Origin: Escherichia coli
Lineage (GTDB): Bacteria > Pseudomonadota > Gammaproteobacteria > Enterobacterales > Enterobacteriaceae
Assembly (NCBI RefSeq): GCF_013122565.1
Contig: NZ_CP053258.1
Length of the DNA: 64,000 nucleotides
Reading direction: 5' to 3' (one strand)
Positions 1-11,673 of the stretch are shown piece by piece. Every line of letters starts with the position of its first letter. Position 1 is the first letter of the stretch. The translations under genes were made by a program, and so were the position numbers. Below the pieces are notes generated by a model. The model was not told the origin of the DNA. It saw only the letters and a list, made by a program, of their open reading frames with translations, and searched no databases.

Positions 1-945
1 AAGATTACTGCACGCAAAAATCCAAAGTACCGCGATGCGCAACATACAGTATTGCAACAGGTTGAGTATCTGGCGCTGGATAATTCGGTCACCGGCTATA
101 ACCGCTATCGCGCGGGAGAGGTCGATCTCACCTGGGTTCCGGCGCAGCAAATTCCCGCCATTGAAAAATCACTGCCTGGCGAGCTACGAATTATCCCGCG
201 GCTGAACAGCGAATATTACAACTTTAACCTTGAGGAACCGCCATTTAACGATGTGCGGGTGCGTCGGGCGCTATATCTTACGGTTGATCGACAGCTTATT
301 GCGCAAAAGGTACTGGGGTTGAGGACGCCCGCAACCACGCTGACGCCGCCAGAGGTAAAAGGCTTTAGCGCGACGACGTTCGATGAACTGCAAAAGCCAA
401 TGAGTGAGCGCGTCGCGATGGCAAAAGCCTTGCTGAAACAGGCGGGATACGACGCCTCTCATCCGCTACGCTTTGAGCTTTTCTACAACAAGTACGATCT
501 GCATGAAAAGACCGCGATAGCGTTGTCTTCCGAATGGAAAAAATGGCTGGGTGCACAGGTGACGCTGCGCACAATGGAGTGGAAAACTTATCTTGATGCC
601 CGACGAGCCGGTAATTTCATGCTGTCTCGGCAGTCGTGGGATGCGACGTATAATGATGCTTCCAGCTTCCTGAACACGCTCAAAAGCGATAGTGAAGAAA
701 ACGTCGGTCACTGGAAAAATGCGCAGTATGACGCCTTACTAAACCAGGCCACGCAGATCACTGATGCGACAAAGCGTAATGCGTTGTATCAGCAGGCAGA
801 AGTGATCATCAACCAACAGGCACCGCTGATTCCTATCTACTATCAGCCGTTAATCAAACTGCTTAAACCCTACGTTGGCGGTTTTCCGCTGCATAATCCC
901 CAGGATTATGTCTACAGCAAAGAGTTGTATATCAAGGCACATTGA
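1..945 (+). CDS. ygiS: Periplasmic solute-binding protein (oligopeptide-binding family), 5'-truncated by window start
   Basis: Open frame from position 1 with no in-frame stop; position 52 is only a TTG; translation resembles family 5 periplasmic binding proteins; sits upstream of parC as in E. coli. Confidence 0.75.
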   Translation, partial: KITARKNPKYRDAQHTVLQQVEYLALDNSVTGYNRYRAGEVDLTWVPAQQIPAIEKSLPGELRIIPRLNSEYYNFNLEEPPFNDVRVRRALYLTVDRQLIAQKVLGLRTPATTLTPPEVKGFSATTFDELQKPMSERVAMAKALLKQAGYDASHPLRFELFYNKYDLHEKTAIALSSEWKKWLGAQVTLRTMEWKTYLDARRAGNFMLSRQSWDATYNDASSFLNTLKSDSEENVGHWKNAQYDALLNQATQITDATKRNALYQQAEVIINQQAPLIPIYYQPLIKLLKPYVGGFPLHNPQDYVYSKELYIKAH

Positions 946-1082
946 TGCCTTTATCGCCGTCGGAGCACGTCCGGCGGCGCTATTCACGCTGATCTCCTGT
1001 GACTCGACGCGGCAGATAATGTAGTATCTCCGGCAATATTGCCCCTTTGAAGGCTGGCGAATAAGTTGAGGAATCAGAATTA

Positions 1083-3341
1083 ATGAGCGATATGGCAGAG
1101 CGCCTTGCGCTACATGAATTTACGGAAAACGCCTACTTAAACTACTCCATGTACGTGATCATGGACCGTGCGTTGCCGTTTATTGGTGATGGTCTGAAAC
1201 CTGTTCAGCGCCGCATTGTGTATGCGATGTCTGAACTGGGCCTGAATGCCAGCGCCAAATTTAAAAAATCGGCCCGTACCGTCGGTGACGTACTGGGTAA
1301 ATACCATCCGCACGGCGATAGCGCCTGTTATGAAGCGATGGTCCTGATGGCGCAGCCGTTCTCTTACCGTTATCCGCTGGTTGATGGTCAGGGGAACTGG
1401 GGCGCGCCGGACGATCCGAAATCGTTCGCGGCAATGCGTTACACCGAATCCCGGTTGTCGAAATATTCCGAGCTGCTATTGAGCGAGTTGGGGCAGGGGA
1501 CGGCTGACTGGGTGCCAAACTTCGACGGCACTTTGCAGGAGCCGAAAATGCTACCTGCCCGTCTGCCAAACATTTTGCTTAACGGCACCACCGGTATTGC
1601 CGTCGGCATGGCGACCGATATTCCACCGCATAACCTGCGTGAAGTGGCTCAGGCGGCAATCGCATTAATCGACCAGCCGAAAACCACGCTCGATCAGCTG
1701 CTGGATATCGTGCAGGGGCCGGATTATCCGACTGAAGCGGAAATTATCACTTCGCGCGCCGAGATCCGTAAAATCTACGAGAACGGACGTGGTTCAGTGC
1801 GTATGCGCGCGGTGTGGAAGAAAGAAGATGGCGCGGTGGTTATCAGCGCATTGCCGCATCAGGTTTCAGGTGCGCGCGTACTGGAGCAAATTGCTGCGCA
1901 AATGCGCAACAAAAAGCTGCCGATGGTTGACGATCTGCGCGATGAATCTGACCACGAGAACCCGACCCGTCTGGTGATTGTGCCGCGTTCCAACCGCGTG
2001 GATATGGATCAGGTGATGAACCACCTCTTCGCTACCACCGATCTGGAAAAGAGCTATCGCATTAACCTCAATATGATCGGTCTGGATGGTCGTCCGGCGG
2101 TGAAAAACCTGCTGGAAATTCTCTCCGAATGGCTGGTGTTCCGCCGCGATACCGTGCGCCGCCGACTGAACTATCATCTGGAGAAAGTCCTCAAGCGCCT
2201 GCATATCCTCGAAGGTTTGCTGGTGGCGTTTCTCAATATCGACGAAGTGATTGAGATCATTCGTAATGAAGATGAACCGAAACCGGCGCTGATGTCGCGG
2301 TTTGGCCTTACGGAAACCCAGGCGGAAGCGATCCTCGAACTGAAACTGCGTCATCTCGCCAAACTGGAAGAGATGAAGATTCGCGGTGAGCAGAGTGAGC
2401 TGGAAAAAGAGCGCGACCAGTTGCAGGGCATTTTGGCTTCCGAGCGTAAAATGAATAACCTGCTGAAGAAAGAACTGCAGGCAGACGCGCAAGCCTACGG
2501 TGACGATCGTCGTTCGCCGTTGCAGGAACGCGAAGAAGCGAAAGCGATGAGCGAGCACGACATGCTGCCGTCTGAACCTGTCACCATTGTGCTGTCGCAG
2601 ATGGGCTGGGTACGCAGCGCTAAAGGCCATGATATCGACGCGCCGGGCCTGAATTATAAAGCGGGTGATAGCTTCAAAGCGGCGGTGAAAGGTAAGAGCA
2701 ACCAACCGGTAGTGTTTGTTGATTCCACCGGTCGTAGCTATGCCATTGACCCGATTACGCTGCCGTCGGCGCGTGGTCAGGGCGAACCGCTCACCGGCAA
2801 ATTAACGTTGCCGCCTGGGGCGACCGTTGACCATATGCTGATGGAAAGCGACGATCAGAAACTGCTGATGGCTTCCGATGCGGGTTACGGTTTCGTCTGC
2901 ACCTTTAACGATCTGGTGGCGCGTAACCGTGCAGGTAAGGCTTTGATCACCTTACCGGAAAATGCCCATGTTATGCCGCCGGTGGTGATTGAAGATGCTT
3001 CCGATATGCTGCTGGCAATCACTCAGGCAGGCCGTATGTTGATGTTCCCGGTAAGTGATCTGCCGCAGCTGTCGAAGGGCAAAGGCAACAAGATTATCAA
3101 CATTCCATCGGCAGAAGCCGCGCGTGGCGAGGATGGTCTGGCGCAACTGTACGTTCTGCCGCCGCAAAGCACGCTGACCATTCATGTTGGGAAACGCAAA
3201 ATTAAACTGCGTCCGGAAGAGCTACAGAAAGTCACTGGCGAACGTGGACGCCGCGGTACGTTGATGCGCGGTTTGCAGCGTATCGATCGTGTTGAGATCG
3301 ACTCTCCTCGCCGTGCCAGCAGCGGTGATAGCGAAGAGTAA
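1083..3341 (+). CDS. parC: DNA topoisomerase IV subunit A
   Basis: 752 aa; N-terminus [32 protein letters not shown]; GyrA/ParC family motifs. Confidence 0.95.
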
Positions 3342-3382
3342 TATGCCGGGGCGGGCGCTGTTTCCTCCCGCTTGCAAGGAAC

Positions 3383-3411
3383 GCCGGATGAAACGTTAAG
3401 TCGTCATCCGG
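3383..3411. repeat. REP-like palindromic hairpin downstream of parC
   Basis: gccggatg ... catccggc inverted repeat. Confidence 0.4.
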
Positions 3412-3574
3412 CAGCGTATTCAACCCCCGGAAACGATAAAAATTCCCTTGAAACCGTTGTTTATTCATGCGTTGCGATTAACAATACGCTTTTCCAGAGA
3501 GCGGCTTTTAACAATGCCCTAACCTGATTTCAGGTGACGTACAATGCCAGTCTCTCAGACCTTCAGAGGGTGTT

Positions 3575-4312
3575 ATGCTATATATCTTTCGTCTTATTAT
3601 TACCGTGATTTACAGCATCTTAGTCTGTGTATTCGGCTCCATTTACTGCCTTTTCAGCCCGCGTAACCCGAAACATGTGGCCACCTTTGGGCATATGTTT
3701 GGCCGTCTTGCGCCGCTGTTCGGCCTGAAAGTTGAGTGCCGCAAACCTGCAGACGCTGAAAGCTACGGCAATGCTATCTATATCGCTAACCACCAGAACA
3801 ACTATGACATGGTGACAGCATCGAACATTGTGCAACCGCCGACGGTGACGGTAGGTAAAAAGAGCTTGCTGTGGATCCCCTTCTTCGGGCAGTTGTACTG
3901 GTTAACCGGCAACTTATTGATCGACAGAAACAATCGCACTAAAGCTCACGGCACTATTGCGGAAGTCGTGAATCACTTCAAAAAACGCCGTATTTCCATC
4001 TGGATGTTCCCGGAAGGAACCCGCAGTCGTGGTCGCGGCCTGCTACCGTTCAAAACCGGGGCATTTCACGCGGCAATTGCGGCAGGCGTCCCGATTATTC
4101 CCGTGTGCGTCTCTACAACTTCGAATAAGATTAATCTTAATCGACTGCACAACGGTCTGGTGATTGTCGAAATGCTGCCGCCAGTTGATGTCAGTCAGTA
4201 TGGCAAAGATCAGGTTCGTGAGCTGGCTGCCCATTGTCGTTCGATAATGGAACAAAAAATCGCCGAGCTCGATAAAGAAGTCGCAGAGCGCGAAGCCGCC
4301 GGAAAAGTTTAA
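3575..4312 (+). CDS. plsC: 1-acyl-sn-glycerol-3-phosphate acyltransferase
   Basis: 245 aa; HxxxxD acyltransferase motif (NHQNNYD); FPEGTR motif. Confidence 0.93.
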   Translation: MLYIFRLIITVIYSILVCVFGSIYCLFSPRNPKHVATFGHMFGRLAPLFGLKVECRKPADAESYGNAIYIANHQNNYDMVTASNIVQPPTVTVGKKSLLWIPFFGQLYWLTGNLLIDRNNRTKAHGTIAEVVNHFKKRRISIWMFPEGTRSRGRGLLPFKTGAFHAAIAAGVPIIPVCVSTTSNKINLNRLHNGLVIVEMLPPVDVSQYGKDQVRELAAHCRSIMEQKIAELDKEVAEREAAGKV

Positions 4313-4386
4313 GTCGGCAATCTGTATTTTTGCGGGGAACACTTTCCTGCACGGTATTACTTTAGCCAGTTTTACATGGAGCAAAT

Positions 4387-5799
4387 ATGTCACTCAGTCG
4401 GCGTCAGTTCATTCAGGCATCGGGGATTGCACTTTGTGCAGGCGCTGTTCCCCTGAAGGCCAGCGCAGCCGGGCAACAGCAACCGCTACCCGTTCCGCCG
4501 CTGCTTGAATCTCGCCGTGGGCAACCGCTGTTTATGACTGTACAACGCGCGCACTGGTCATTTACGCCAGGGACACGCGCGTCGGTCTGGGGAATCAATG
4601 GTCGTTACCTGGGGCCGACTATCCGCGTCTGGAAGGGCGACGATGTTAAGCTTATTTACAGCAACCGGCTGACAGAAAATGTCTCAATGACGGTGGCCGG
4701 GCTACAGGTACCTGGCCCGCTGATGGGCGGGCCGGCACGGATGATGTCGCCAAACGCTGACTGGGCACCCGTACTGCCTATTCGCCAGAACGCAGCTACT
4801 CTGTGGTATCACGCCAATACTCCCAACCGCACGGCTCAGCAGGTCTATAACGGCCTTGCCGGAATGTGGCTGGTGGAAGATGAAGTCAGCAAGTCGCTGC
4901 CTATCCCCAACCATTATGGTGTGGATGATTTTCCGGTCATTATCCAGGATAAACGGCTGGATAACTTTGGTACGCCAGAATACAACGAACCGGGAAGCGG
5001 CGGCTTTGTTGGTGATACACTACTGGTTAACGGTGTGCAAAGCCCGTACGTTGAAGTCTCGCGTGGCTGGGTGCGCTTGCGACTGCTGAACGCGTCGAAC
5101 TCTCGTCGCTATCAACTACAGATGAGCGATGGTCGCCCGTTACATGTGATTTCTGGCGATCAGGGATTCCTGCCTGCTCCTGTATCGGTGAAGCAACTTT
5201 CGCTGGCACCGGGCGAGCGCCGCGAGATTCTGGTGGATATGAGCAACGGTGATGAAGTGTCGATCACCTGTGGCGAAGCGGCGAGCATTGTTGATCGTAT
5301 TCGTGGCTTCTTTGAGCCATCCAGCATTCTGGTTTCTACCCTGGTGCTAACGCTGCGCCCAACCGGCCTTCTGCCGCTGGTCACAGACAGTCTTCCTATG
5401 CGCTTGCTGCCAACTGAAATCATGGCCGGTTCGCCGATTCGCAGTCGCGATATCAGTCTGGGTGATGACCCGGGTATTAATGGACAACTGTGGGACGTCA
5501 ACCGTATTGATGTCACCGCGCAGCAAGGAACGTGGGAACGCTGGACGGTACGCGCGGACGAGCCGCAAGCGTTCCATATTGAAGGTGTGATGTTCCAGAT
5601 CCGTAACGTGAATGGCGCGATGCCGTTCCCGGAAGACAGAGGCTGGAAAGATACCGTTTGGGTTGACGGACAAGTGGAGCTGCTTGTTTATTTCGGTCAG
5701 CCTTCCTGGGCGCACTTCCCGTTCTACTTCAACAGTCAGACGCTGGAAATGGCGGACCGTGGCTCGATAGGGCAACTGTTAGTCAATCCGGTACCGTAA
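4387..5799 (+). CDS. ftsP: Cell division protein FtsP (SufI), multicopper oxidase fold, Tat signal
   Basis: 470 aa; twin-arginine signal MSLSRRQFIQASGIALCAGA. Confidence 0.93.
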   Translation: MSLSRRQFIQASGIALCAGAVPLKASAAGQQQPLPVPPLLESRRGQPLFMTVQRAHWSFTPGTRASVWGINGRYLGPTIRVWKGDDVKLIYSNRLTENVSMTVAGLQVPGPLMGGPARMMSPNADWAPVLPIRQNAATLWYHANTPNRTAQQVYNGLAGMWLVEDEVSKSLPIPNHYGVDDFPVIIQDKRLDNFGTPEYNEPGSGGFVGDTLLVNGVQSPYVEVSRGWVRLRLLNASNSRRYQLQMSDGRPLHVISGDQGFLPAPVSVKQLSLAPGERREILVDMSNGDEVSITCGEAASIVDRIRGFFEPSSILVSTLVLTLRPTGLLPLVTDSLPMRLLPTEIMAGSPIRSRDISLGDDPGINGQLWDVNRIDVTAQQGTWERWTVRADEPQAFHIEGVMFQIRNVNGAMPFPEDRGWKDTVWVDGQVELLVYFGQPSWAHFPFYFNSQTLEMADRGSIGQLLVNPVP

Positions 5800-5849
5800 T
5801 GGACCAATTCATCGCTCCACTGAGTGGTGGGGCGATACAAGGATGAAAC

Positions 5850-7274
5850 ATGGATGGCATGGGATGGATGATTATTTTGGTACTTCCCTTTCTTTGGATG
5901 GGGTATGGACTGGCGTTGTTAATCATAACGGGGTGCGCTTTTGAATCTAAGGGGATTCGTCGCGTTCTGCTATGGGGTGTTGCGCCTCAGTTTATTATTC
6001 TTTGTATTGCGACCTTATTGCTTTACTGGACTAACTCTCGGTTAATTTATGTTTTTGTCTTTTTTCAGCCAGTTTTATGTATCACCACGGCAATTTTTTT
6101 ATTTGCTGGTAAAAAAACACAATATTCCAGATTGCTGTTTACTCTGTCTCATGTGATTTTTCTCGCTGGCGTTTTATATCAGGGGCATAGGGAAAATCTG
6201 CAATACATAATTAATAACGACTGGAAGGAATATAAAATAACGCGTTTATTTGAGCAAGTGCAGGACAATGGGGCGCATGCGCTGAATAACGATGTAACTT
6301 GTTCAGAATTAATGCAACTACTCACACTGGCAGCGGAACGTAATGACGTCAAAGAAGAGACGTTACGTACTCTTATTGCAAAGAAAGTATCGCCATTTCT
6401 GACAATGTCAGATAACTGTACGGGTGAGAATTCAGTAGAGACTTATTCTGTATATACTACGCCTTTTATGGCAGCTATTCAAAATCATAATATACATTCT
6501 GTCCGTTTTTTTAGTCAATTGCTTATGGGAAACTCATCAAAAGCAAAAAATAATCGTGACATTGTGCGCCGGGCAAACCCATTGATCGAAGTGTATAAAT
6601 ATAGTCATGGTTCTAAAAAACAACGTAAGTCAGGGTTAGAAATAAGTAAGCAATTAATGGCCATTATGCCAGAGCTATTAACAGATGCCGTCTGGCGTGC
6701 CGTGCTCAATGTATATGATGCCGATGCAGCACGATGGTTCTGGCGTAAGCAACCACCAGAAAATCGGTTGTATCGCTTAAAGGCTATGGCATTAATACCA
6801 CAAACGGATGCGCTATTGGCGGAGATTCGACAAACTCCAGAGGTACTGAATATCTCGTCTGAGGGAGACCTGAATGAAGAGGAGTTTCTCCATTTCTTAA
6901 TTTATGGAGGAGATACCGCTGTAATACATGCACTGGTTGAAAAAGGAATAGTTAACTGGCAGCACCTTATGAACATTGAGGGGTTTGATAAGGACCCCTT
7001 AATTTGGGCTATTTCAAAACTGGGAGAAAATGACAATGACCGGGAGGTTTTGACATTAATTATTCATGATATTAATGCGCAAAATGCACTGCCGGAGGAT
7101 CGCATAGCCAAATATTTAACGCGGACGGGATCAATGGGCGAGATTTTTTTAAAGGCGGGCGTACATTGTGATAAGTTATATGCGGCAATTGAGTCCGACA
7201 AAAAGCGAAATAATGGTATGTATAGTCAAAACGCCAGGGAAGAAGTGGATCGAGTATGTACGCCCGCAAAATAG
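5850..7274 (+). CDS. Hypothetical membrane protein, N-terminal ~4 TM helices plus ankyrin-repeat-like C-terminal region (paralogue A)
   Basis: 474 aa ORF; AAGGA RBS ~10 nt upstream; hydrophobic N-terminus; ankyrin-like motifs (TPFMAAIQNHNIHSVRFF, GDTAVIHALVEKG); AT-rich codon usage. Confidence 0.6.
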   Translation: MDGMGWMIILVLPFLWMGYGLALLIITGCAFESKGIRRVLLWGVAPQFIILCIATLLLYWTNSRLIYVFVFFQPVLCITTAIFLFAGKKTQYSRLLFTLSHVIFLAGVLYQGHRENLQYIINNDWKEYKITRLFEQVQDNGAHALNNDVTCSELMQLLTLAAERNDVKEETLRTLIAKKVSPFLTMSDNCTGENSVETYSVYTTPFMAAIQNHNIHSVRFFSQLLMGNSSKAKNNRDIVRRANPLIEVYKYSHGSKKQRKSGLEISKQLMAIMPELLTDAVWRAVLNVYDADAARWFWRKQPPENRLYRLKAMALIPQTDALLAEIRQTPEVLNISSEGDLNEEEFLHFLIYGGDTAVIHALVEKGIVNWQHLMNIEGFDKDPLIWAISKLGENDNDREVLTLIIHDINAQNALPEDRIAKYLTRTGSMGEIFLKAGVHCDKLYAAIESDKKRNNGMYSQNAREEVDRVCTPAK

Positions 7275-7319
7275 GTGCAGTTTGGGGCGGTTAAGGAATA
7301 AAAAATAAAGGACTAAGCC

Positions 7320-8729
7320 ATGCGTAATGATGAATTTTTTCACCATTTTACTTTGACACTGTTTATGTTGGGTGGCTATCTACTGACTCTGTTCATCGTT
7401 ATCGTCCTTTCCTTTTTTAGCCCATTATGCCGAAAAATGGTCTTCCATGGCGCATTGCCGCAATTGATGATGGCAATAACGGTGTCGCTCGGTTTATATT
7501 ATCTGGAACGATACTCTTTTGCGGTATGGGCCTTACTGGATTCTTTTTGGATATTATTCCCCTGCCTGTTATTGATCATAGTGATAAATAAATGGTTAAA
7601 GCGTTCCCTTGTATGGATGAGTGCTTGTCATATTATGTGCTTGCTGTTGTTACTCTGGCAGGTGCAGCCCACGTTATTTAAAATCAGCTTTTATCACCAA
7701 CAATTAAGTCACCTGGCTCAGGCAGAGCAGGAAAATTTCCGCACACTGGATGCGATTCACGATACGCAACGTCTGGAAGCGATGTTACTGGTAGCGTTGA
7801 AATCCCCGGAAAATCAAACCTCTGAAAATGCCTTTCGCTATCTGTCAGGGCGAATCTCACCATTTGCTATACCTTCCATTGGCGATGAACAGTATTCTAC
7901 CCGCACTTTTTTTACGATTGCGTTGGAACATTACAACGCCCGCGCCATCCGCGCGTTTAGCCGCTTTCTGCAAGGAAATTCCTCAAAAGCGCAGGAATAT
8001 CGTGCGATTGTTCATCAAAAAAATCCACTGCAGCAGATGTACCGGGGAATAAGTTTGCCAATTCGTTTTAGTGAAGAAGAGATCGCCCGTCACATTATTG
8101 CCGCTCGCGAGATAAGCCTCACCTTACTGCCCCTGATGCCAGAATTATTAAACGAAGAGGCGTATGCAAATGTCATTGATGCTTATGACAGCGCAACGCT
8201 GAAGGCTTTTTGGCAGTTCCAGCTGCCGCCTACGCCGGTTTTGCGCCTGGAAGCGATGTCGGTAATTCCCATGACAGCGGCACTGGTTCAACAGGTGAGA
8301 GAGTCACCAAAACGGCTTGAACTGGAAGATAAAAGTGGCAGGACAGTACTAACTTACATCGTGCGCTTTGGAAATATTGCCGCAGTACAGGCACTGATTG
8401 ACGCTAATCTGATCGACTGGCAACGGCTTCGCCAATCGACAGAAAGGTCAACACCATTATTACTGGCGACCTGGCGACAAAAATACGACGATGATCATGT
8501 AATCTTCCCATTGATTTTAAAGGACATGCTGGCAAAAAATGCGCCACCCTCAGCAGAGGAAATAATGAACTGCCTTAAGGATGGTATGACCGCAGATGAT
8601 TTTTTCTCTGCCGGAATGAGCAACACGCAATTCTGTTCTGCGATTGAACAAAGCCTCCAGGCGAAAACGTCAGTATTACCGGCGAATCGATTACGCCATC
8701 TGCAATCCTCGCTGTGTGCAAAGCTGTAA
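7320..8729 (+). CDS. Hypothetical membrane protein, paralogue of 5850..7274 (paralogue B)
   Basis: 469 aa; AAGGA RBS; shares motifs with upstream ORF (FSRFLQGNSSKAQ vs FSQLLMGNSSKAK; MPELLNEEAYANVIDAYD vs MPELLTDAVWRAVLNVYD). Confidence 0.6.
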   Translation: MRNDEFFHHFTLTLFMLGGYLLTLFIVIVLSFFSPLCRKMVFHGALPQLMMAITVSLGLYYLERYSFAVWALLDSFWILFPCLLLIIVINKWLKRSLVWMSACHIMCLLLLLWQVQPTLFKISFYHQQLSHLAQAEQENFRTLDAIHDTQRLEAMLLVALKSPENQTSENAFRYLSGRISPFAIPSIGDEQYSTRTFFTIALEHYNARAIRAFSRFLQGNSSKAQEYRAIVHQKNPLQQMYRGISLPIRFSEEEIARHIIAAREISLTLLPLMPELLNEEAYANVIDAYDSATLKAFWQFQLPPTPVLRLEAMSVIPMTAALVQQVRESPKRLELEDKSGRTVLTYIVRFGNIAAVQALIDANLIDWQRLRQSTERSTPLLLATWRQKYDDDHVIFPLILKDMLAKNAPPSAEEIMNCLKDGMTADDFFSAGMSNTQFCSAIEQSLQAKTSVLPANRLRHLQSSLCAKL

Positions 8730-8844
8730 CCAACCGGAAGTTAAGTCATCCGCTGAAAACATCGCATTAACTTTTCGATTTCTCTTTCGTTCCGGCTTAT
8801 AATCCCCGGCCTTTGATTATTTTTTTATCATTTCTGGAAGCAAA

Positions 8845-11064
8845 ATGAGCTCTATCTCCCTGATCCAACCGGATCGCGACCTGTTCTCCTGGCCGCAGTA
8901 CTGGGCCGCCTGTTTTGGACCGGCACCGTTTTTGCCGATGTCTCGTGAAGAGATGGATCAACTTGGCTGGGATAGCTGCGACATCATTTTGGTTACTGGC
9001 GACGCGTATGTCGATCACCCAAGCTTCGGGATGGCGATTTGCGGTCGTATGCTGGAAGCGCAGGGCTTTCGCGTCGGGATCATCGCCCAGCCGGACTGGA
9101 GCAGCAAAGACGACTTTATGCGTCTGGGTAAACCGAATCTGTTTTTCGGCGTTACTGCTGGCAACATGGATTCGATGATCAACCGCTATACCGCCGATCG
9201 CCGTTTACGTCATGACGATGCCTACACGCCGGATAACGTCGCGGGTAAGCGACCGGATCGCGCCACACTGGTTTATACCCAGCGTTGTAAAGAGGCGTGG
9301 AAAGATGTGCCGGTGATCCTCGGCGGTATTGAGGCTAGTCTGCGCCGTACCGCGCATTATGATTACTGGTCCGATACCGTGCGCCGTTCCGTGCTGGTGG
9401 ATTCCAAAGCCGACATGCTGATGTTCGGTAACGGTGAGCGTCCGTTGGTGGAGGTGGCGCACCGTCTGGCGATGGGCGAGCCGATTAGTGAAATCCGCGA
9501 TGTGCGTAATACTGCGATTATCGTAAAAGAGGCGTTGCCAGGCTGGAGCGGTGTGGATTCCACCCGTCTCGATACCCCAGGGAAAATCGACCCGATCCCG
9601 CATCCGTATGGCGAAGATCTGCCGTGCGCGGATAACAAACCTGTTGCGCCGAAAAAGCAGGAAGCGAAAGCCGTAACCGTGCAGCCGCCGCGCCCGAAAC
9701 CGTGGGAAAAAACCTACGTATTGCTGCCTTCTTTCGAGAAAGTGAAGGGCGATAAAGTGCTGTACGCCCATGCTTCGCGCATTCTGCACCACGAAACCAA
9801 CCCTGGCTGCGCCCGCGCATTGATGCAAAAACACGGCGACCGCTATGTGTGGATCAACCCGCCTGCTATCCCGCTTTCTACCGAAGAGATGGACAGCGTT
9901 TTTGCGCTGCCGTACAAGCGCGTGCCGCATCCGGCCTATGGCAATGCCCGTATTCCGGCTTACGAAATGATCCGTTTCTCGGTCAACATTATGCGCGGCT
10001 GCTTTGGCGGCTGCTCTTTCTGTTCTATCACTGAGCACGAAGGGCGCATTATTCAGAGCCGTTCGGAAGATTCGATCATTAATGAGATTGAAGCGATCCG
10101 CGACACCGTTCCAGGTTTTACGGGCGTAATTTCCGATCTCGGTGGGCCAACTGCCAACATGTATATGTTGCGCTGCAAATCGCCACGCGCTGAGCAAACC
10201 TGCCGCCGTTTGTCCTGCGTTTACCCGGATATTTGTCCGCATATGGACACGAACCACGAACCAACGATCAACCTCTATCGCCGTGCGCGTGATCTGAAAG
10301 GCATTAAAAAGATCCTGATTGCCTCTGGTGTGCGTTATGACATCGCCGTAGAAGATCCGCGCTATATCAAAGAACTGGCGACCCATCACGTCGGCGGTTA
10401 TCTGAAGATTGCCCCGGAACATACCGAAGAAGGGCCGTTATCGAAGATGATGAAGCCGGGCATGGGCAGCTATGACCGCTTTAAAGAGCTGTTCGATACC
10501 TACTCGAAACAGGCAGGTAAAGAGCAGTATCTGATCCCCTATTTCATCTCCGCGCACCCGGGTACGCGTGATGAAGATATGGTGAATCTGGCGCTGTGGC
10601 TGAAAAAGCATCGTTTCCGTCTCGACCAGGTACAGAACTTCTACCCATCGCCGCTGGCTAACTCGACCACCATGTATTACACCGGGAAAAACCCGCTGGC
10701 GAAGATTGGTTATAAGAGTGAAGACGTCTTCGTACCGAAGGGCGACAAGCAGCGTCGTTTGCATAAAGCGTTGTTGCGTTACCACGATCCGGCAAACTGG
10801 CCGTTAATCCGCCAGGCGCTGGAAGCGATGGGCAAAAAGCATCTGATTGGCAGCCGTCGCGATTGCTTAGTGCCTGCGCCAACCATTGAAGAGATGCGTG
10901 AAGCTCGTCGCCAGAACCGCAATACCCGTCCGGCGTTGACGAAACATACGCCGATGGCGACCCAGCGTCAGACGCCTGCTACGGCAAAAAAAGCGTCGTC
11001 TACGCAATCTCGTCCGGTGAATGCTGGTGCGAAGAAACGCCCTAAAGCGGCGGTTGGACGTTAA
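8845..11064 (+). CDS. ygiQ: Radical SAM superfamily protein YgiQ
   Basis: 739 aa; CxxxCxxC-type motif ([13 protein letters not shown]); position next to ftsP. Confidence 0.9.
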   Translation: MSSISLIQPDRDLFSWPQYWAACFGPAPFLPMSREEMDQLGWDSCDIILVTGDAYVDHPSFGMAICGRMLEAQGFRVGIIAQPDWSSKDDFMRLGKPNLFFGVTAGNMDSMINRYTADRRLRHDDAYTPDNVAGKRPDRATLVYTQRCKEAWKDVPVILGGIEASLRRTAHYDYWSDTVRRSVLVDSKADMLMFGNGERPLVEVAHRLAMGEPISEIRDVRNTAIIVKEALPGWSGVDSTRLDTPGKIDPIPHPYGEDLPCADNKPVAPKKQEAKAVTVQPPRPKPWEKTYVLLPSFEKVKGDKVLYAHASRILHHETNPGCARALMQKHGDRYVWINPPAIPLSTEEMDSVFALPYKRVPHPAYGNARIPAYEMIRFSVNIMRGCFGGCSFCSITEHEGRIIQSRSEDSIINEIEAIRDTVPGFTGVISDLGGPTANMYMLRCKSPRAEQTCRRLSCVYPDICPHMDTNHEPTINLYRRARDLKGIKKILIASGVRYDIAVEDPRYIKELATHHVGGYLKIAPEHTEEGPLSKMMKPGMGSYDRFKELFDTYSKQAGKEQYLIPYFISAHPGTRDEDMVNLALWLKKHRFRLDQVQNFYPSPLANSTTMYYTGKNPLAKIGYKSEDVFVPKGDKQRRLHKALLRYHDPANWPLIRQALEAMGKKHLIGSRRDCLVPAPTIEEMREARRQNRNTRPALTKHTPMATQRQTPATAKKASSTQSRPVNAGAKKRPKAAVGR

Positions 11065-11073
11065 ATTCGCTGT

Positions 11074-11099
11074 TCCCGGTAGCAGAATTGCTACCGGGG
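11074..11099. terminator. Hairpin downstream of ygiQ
   Basis: tcccggtagca-gaat-tgctaccggga inverted repeat between convergent genes. Confidence 0.4.
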
Positions 11100-11134
11100 A
11101 TATTACTTCAGAATCTATCTCATTAGGCATTTAT

Positions 11135-11491
11135 TTATATGCCGAAATGTATCATGTGTTTATTTTCTCTGATAGCTTTTTGTATTACTTCTGATAAAGA
11201 AAGAAGTAAAGGATCGTGCTGGAATTTTGTATCCGATACAACAATATGAAGAAACTGATTTAATGAATCTGGTGGGATAATGGTGACTCCGTAGCGAGCA
11301 AGCGCATAACCTGGACGATTTAAACTATGATAGAAGGTTTTTATTGTCTGAAGTTGTTCCCACCATTCATCAATATAAATGTCATCATCAATATAAACGC
11401 AATTATATTTTTCAGGTTCATAGTGACCATAATCTTTATCAGTATCAATTTCATCAATAATACCAAATTCGGTTTTAATCATAATGACCAT
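11135..11491 (-). CDS. Hypothetical small acidic protein
   Basis: 118 aa ORF in strongly AT-rich DNA; no recognisable domain; same strand and immediately downstream of the YqhG-like gene. Confidence 0.45.
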   Translation of the reverse strand: MVIMIKTEFGIIDEIDTDKDYGHYEPEKYNCVYIDDDIYIDEWWEQLQTIKTFYHSLNRPGYALARYGVTIIPPDSLNQFLHIVVSDTKFQHDPLLLSLSEVIQKAIRENKHMIHFGI

Positions 11492-11673
11492 GCTTTTTAA
11501 TTGTTATGCAGAAAAATGCCAGGAAAATGATTTAAATTGAATTTTCTGGGGTGATTTGTAATCTTGCTTGTCATATAGATGAGCCATCCAACGAGGTTGT
11601 GCAACATTTAATGAGGGAGACTGGACCAGAACAAGGCTGGGGATTAATATAGAAATGATTAACAATAGTGGCT

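Noticed and set aside
1866-2705. 279-aa ORF antisense to parC
   Set aside because: Lies entirely within and opposite the well-supported parC reading frame; typical spurious antisense ORF in GC-rich coding DNA.
9205-10422. 405-aa ORF antisense to ygiQ
   Set aside because: Wholly nested antisense to the conserved radical-SAM gene; Arg/His-rich low-complexity translation; no RBS evidence.
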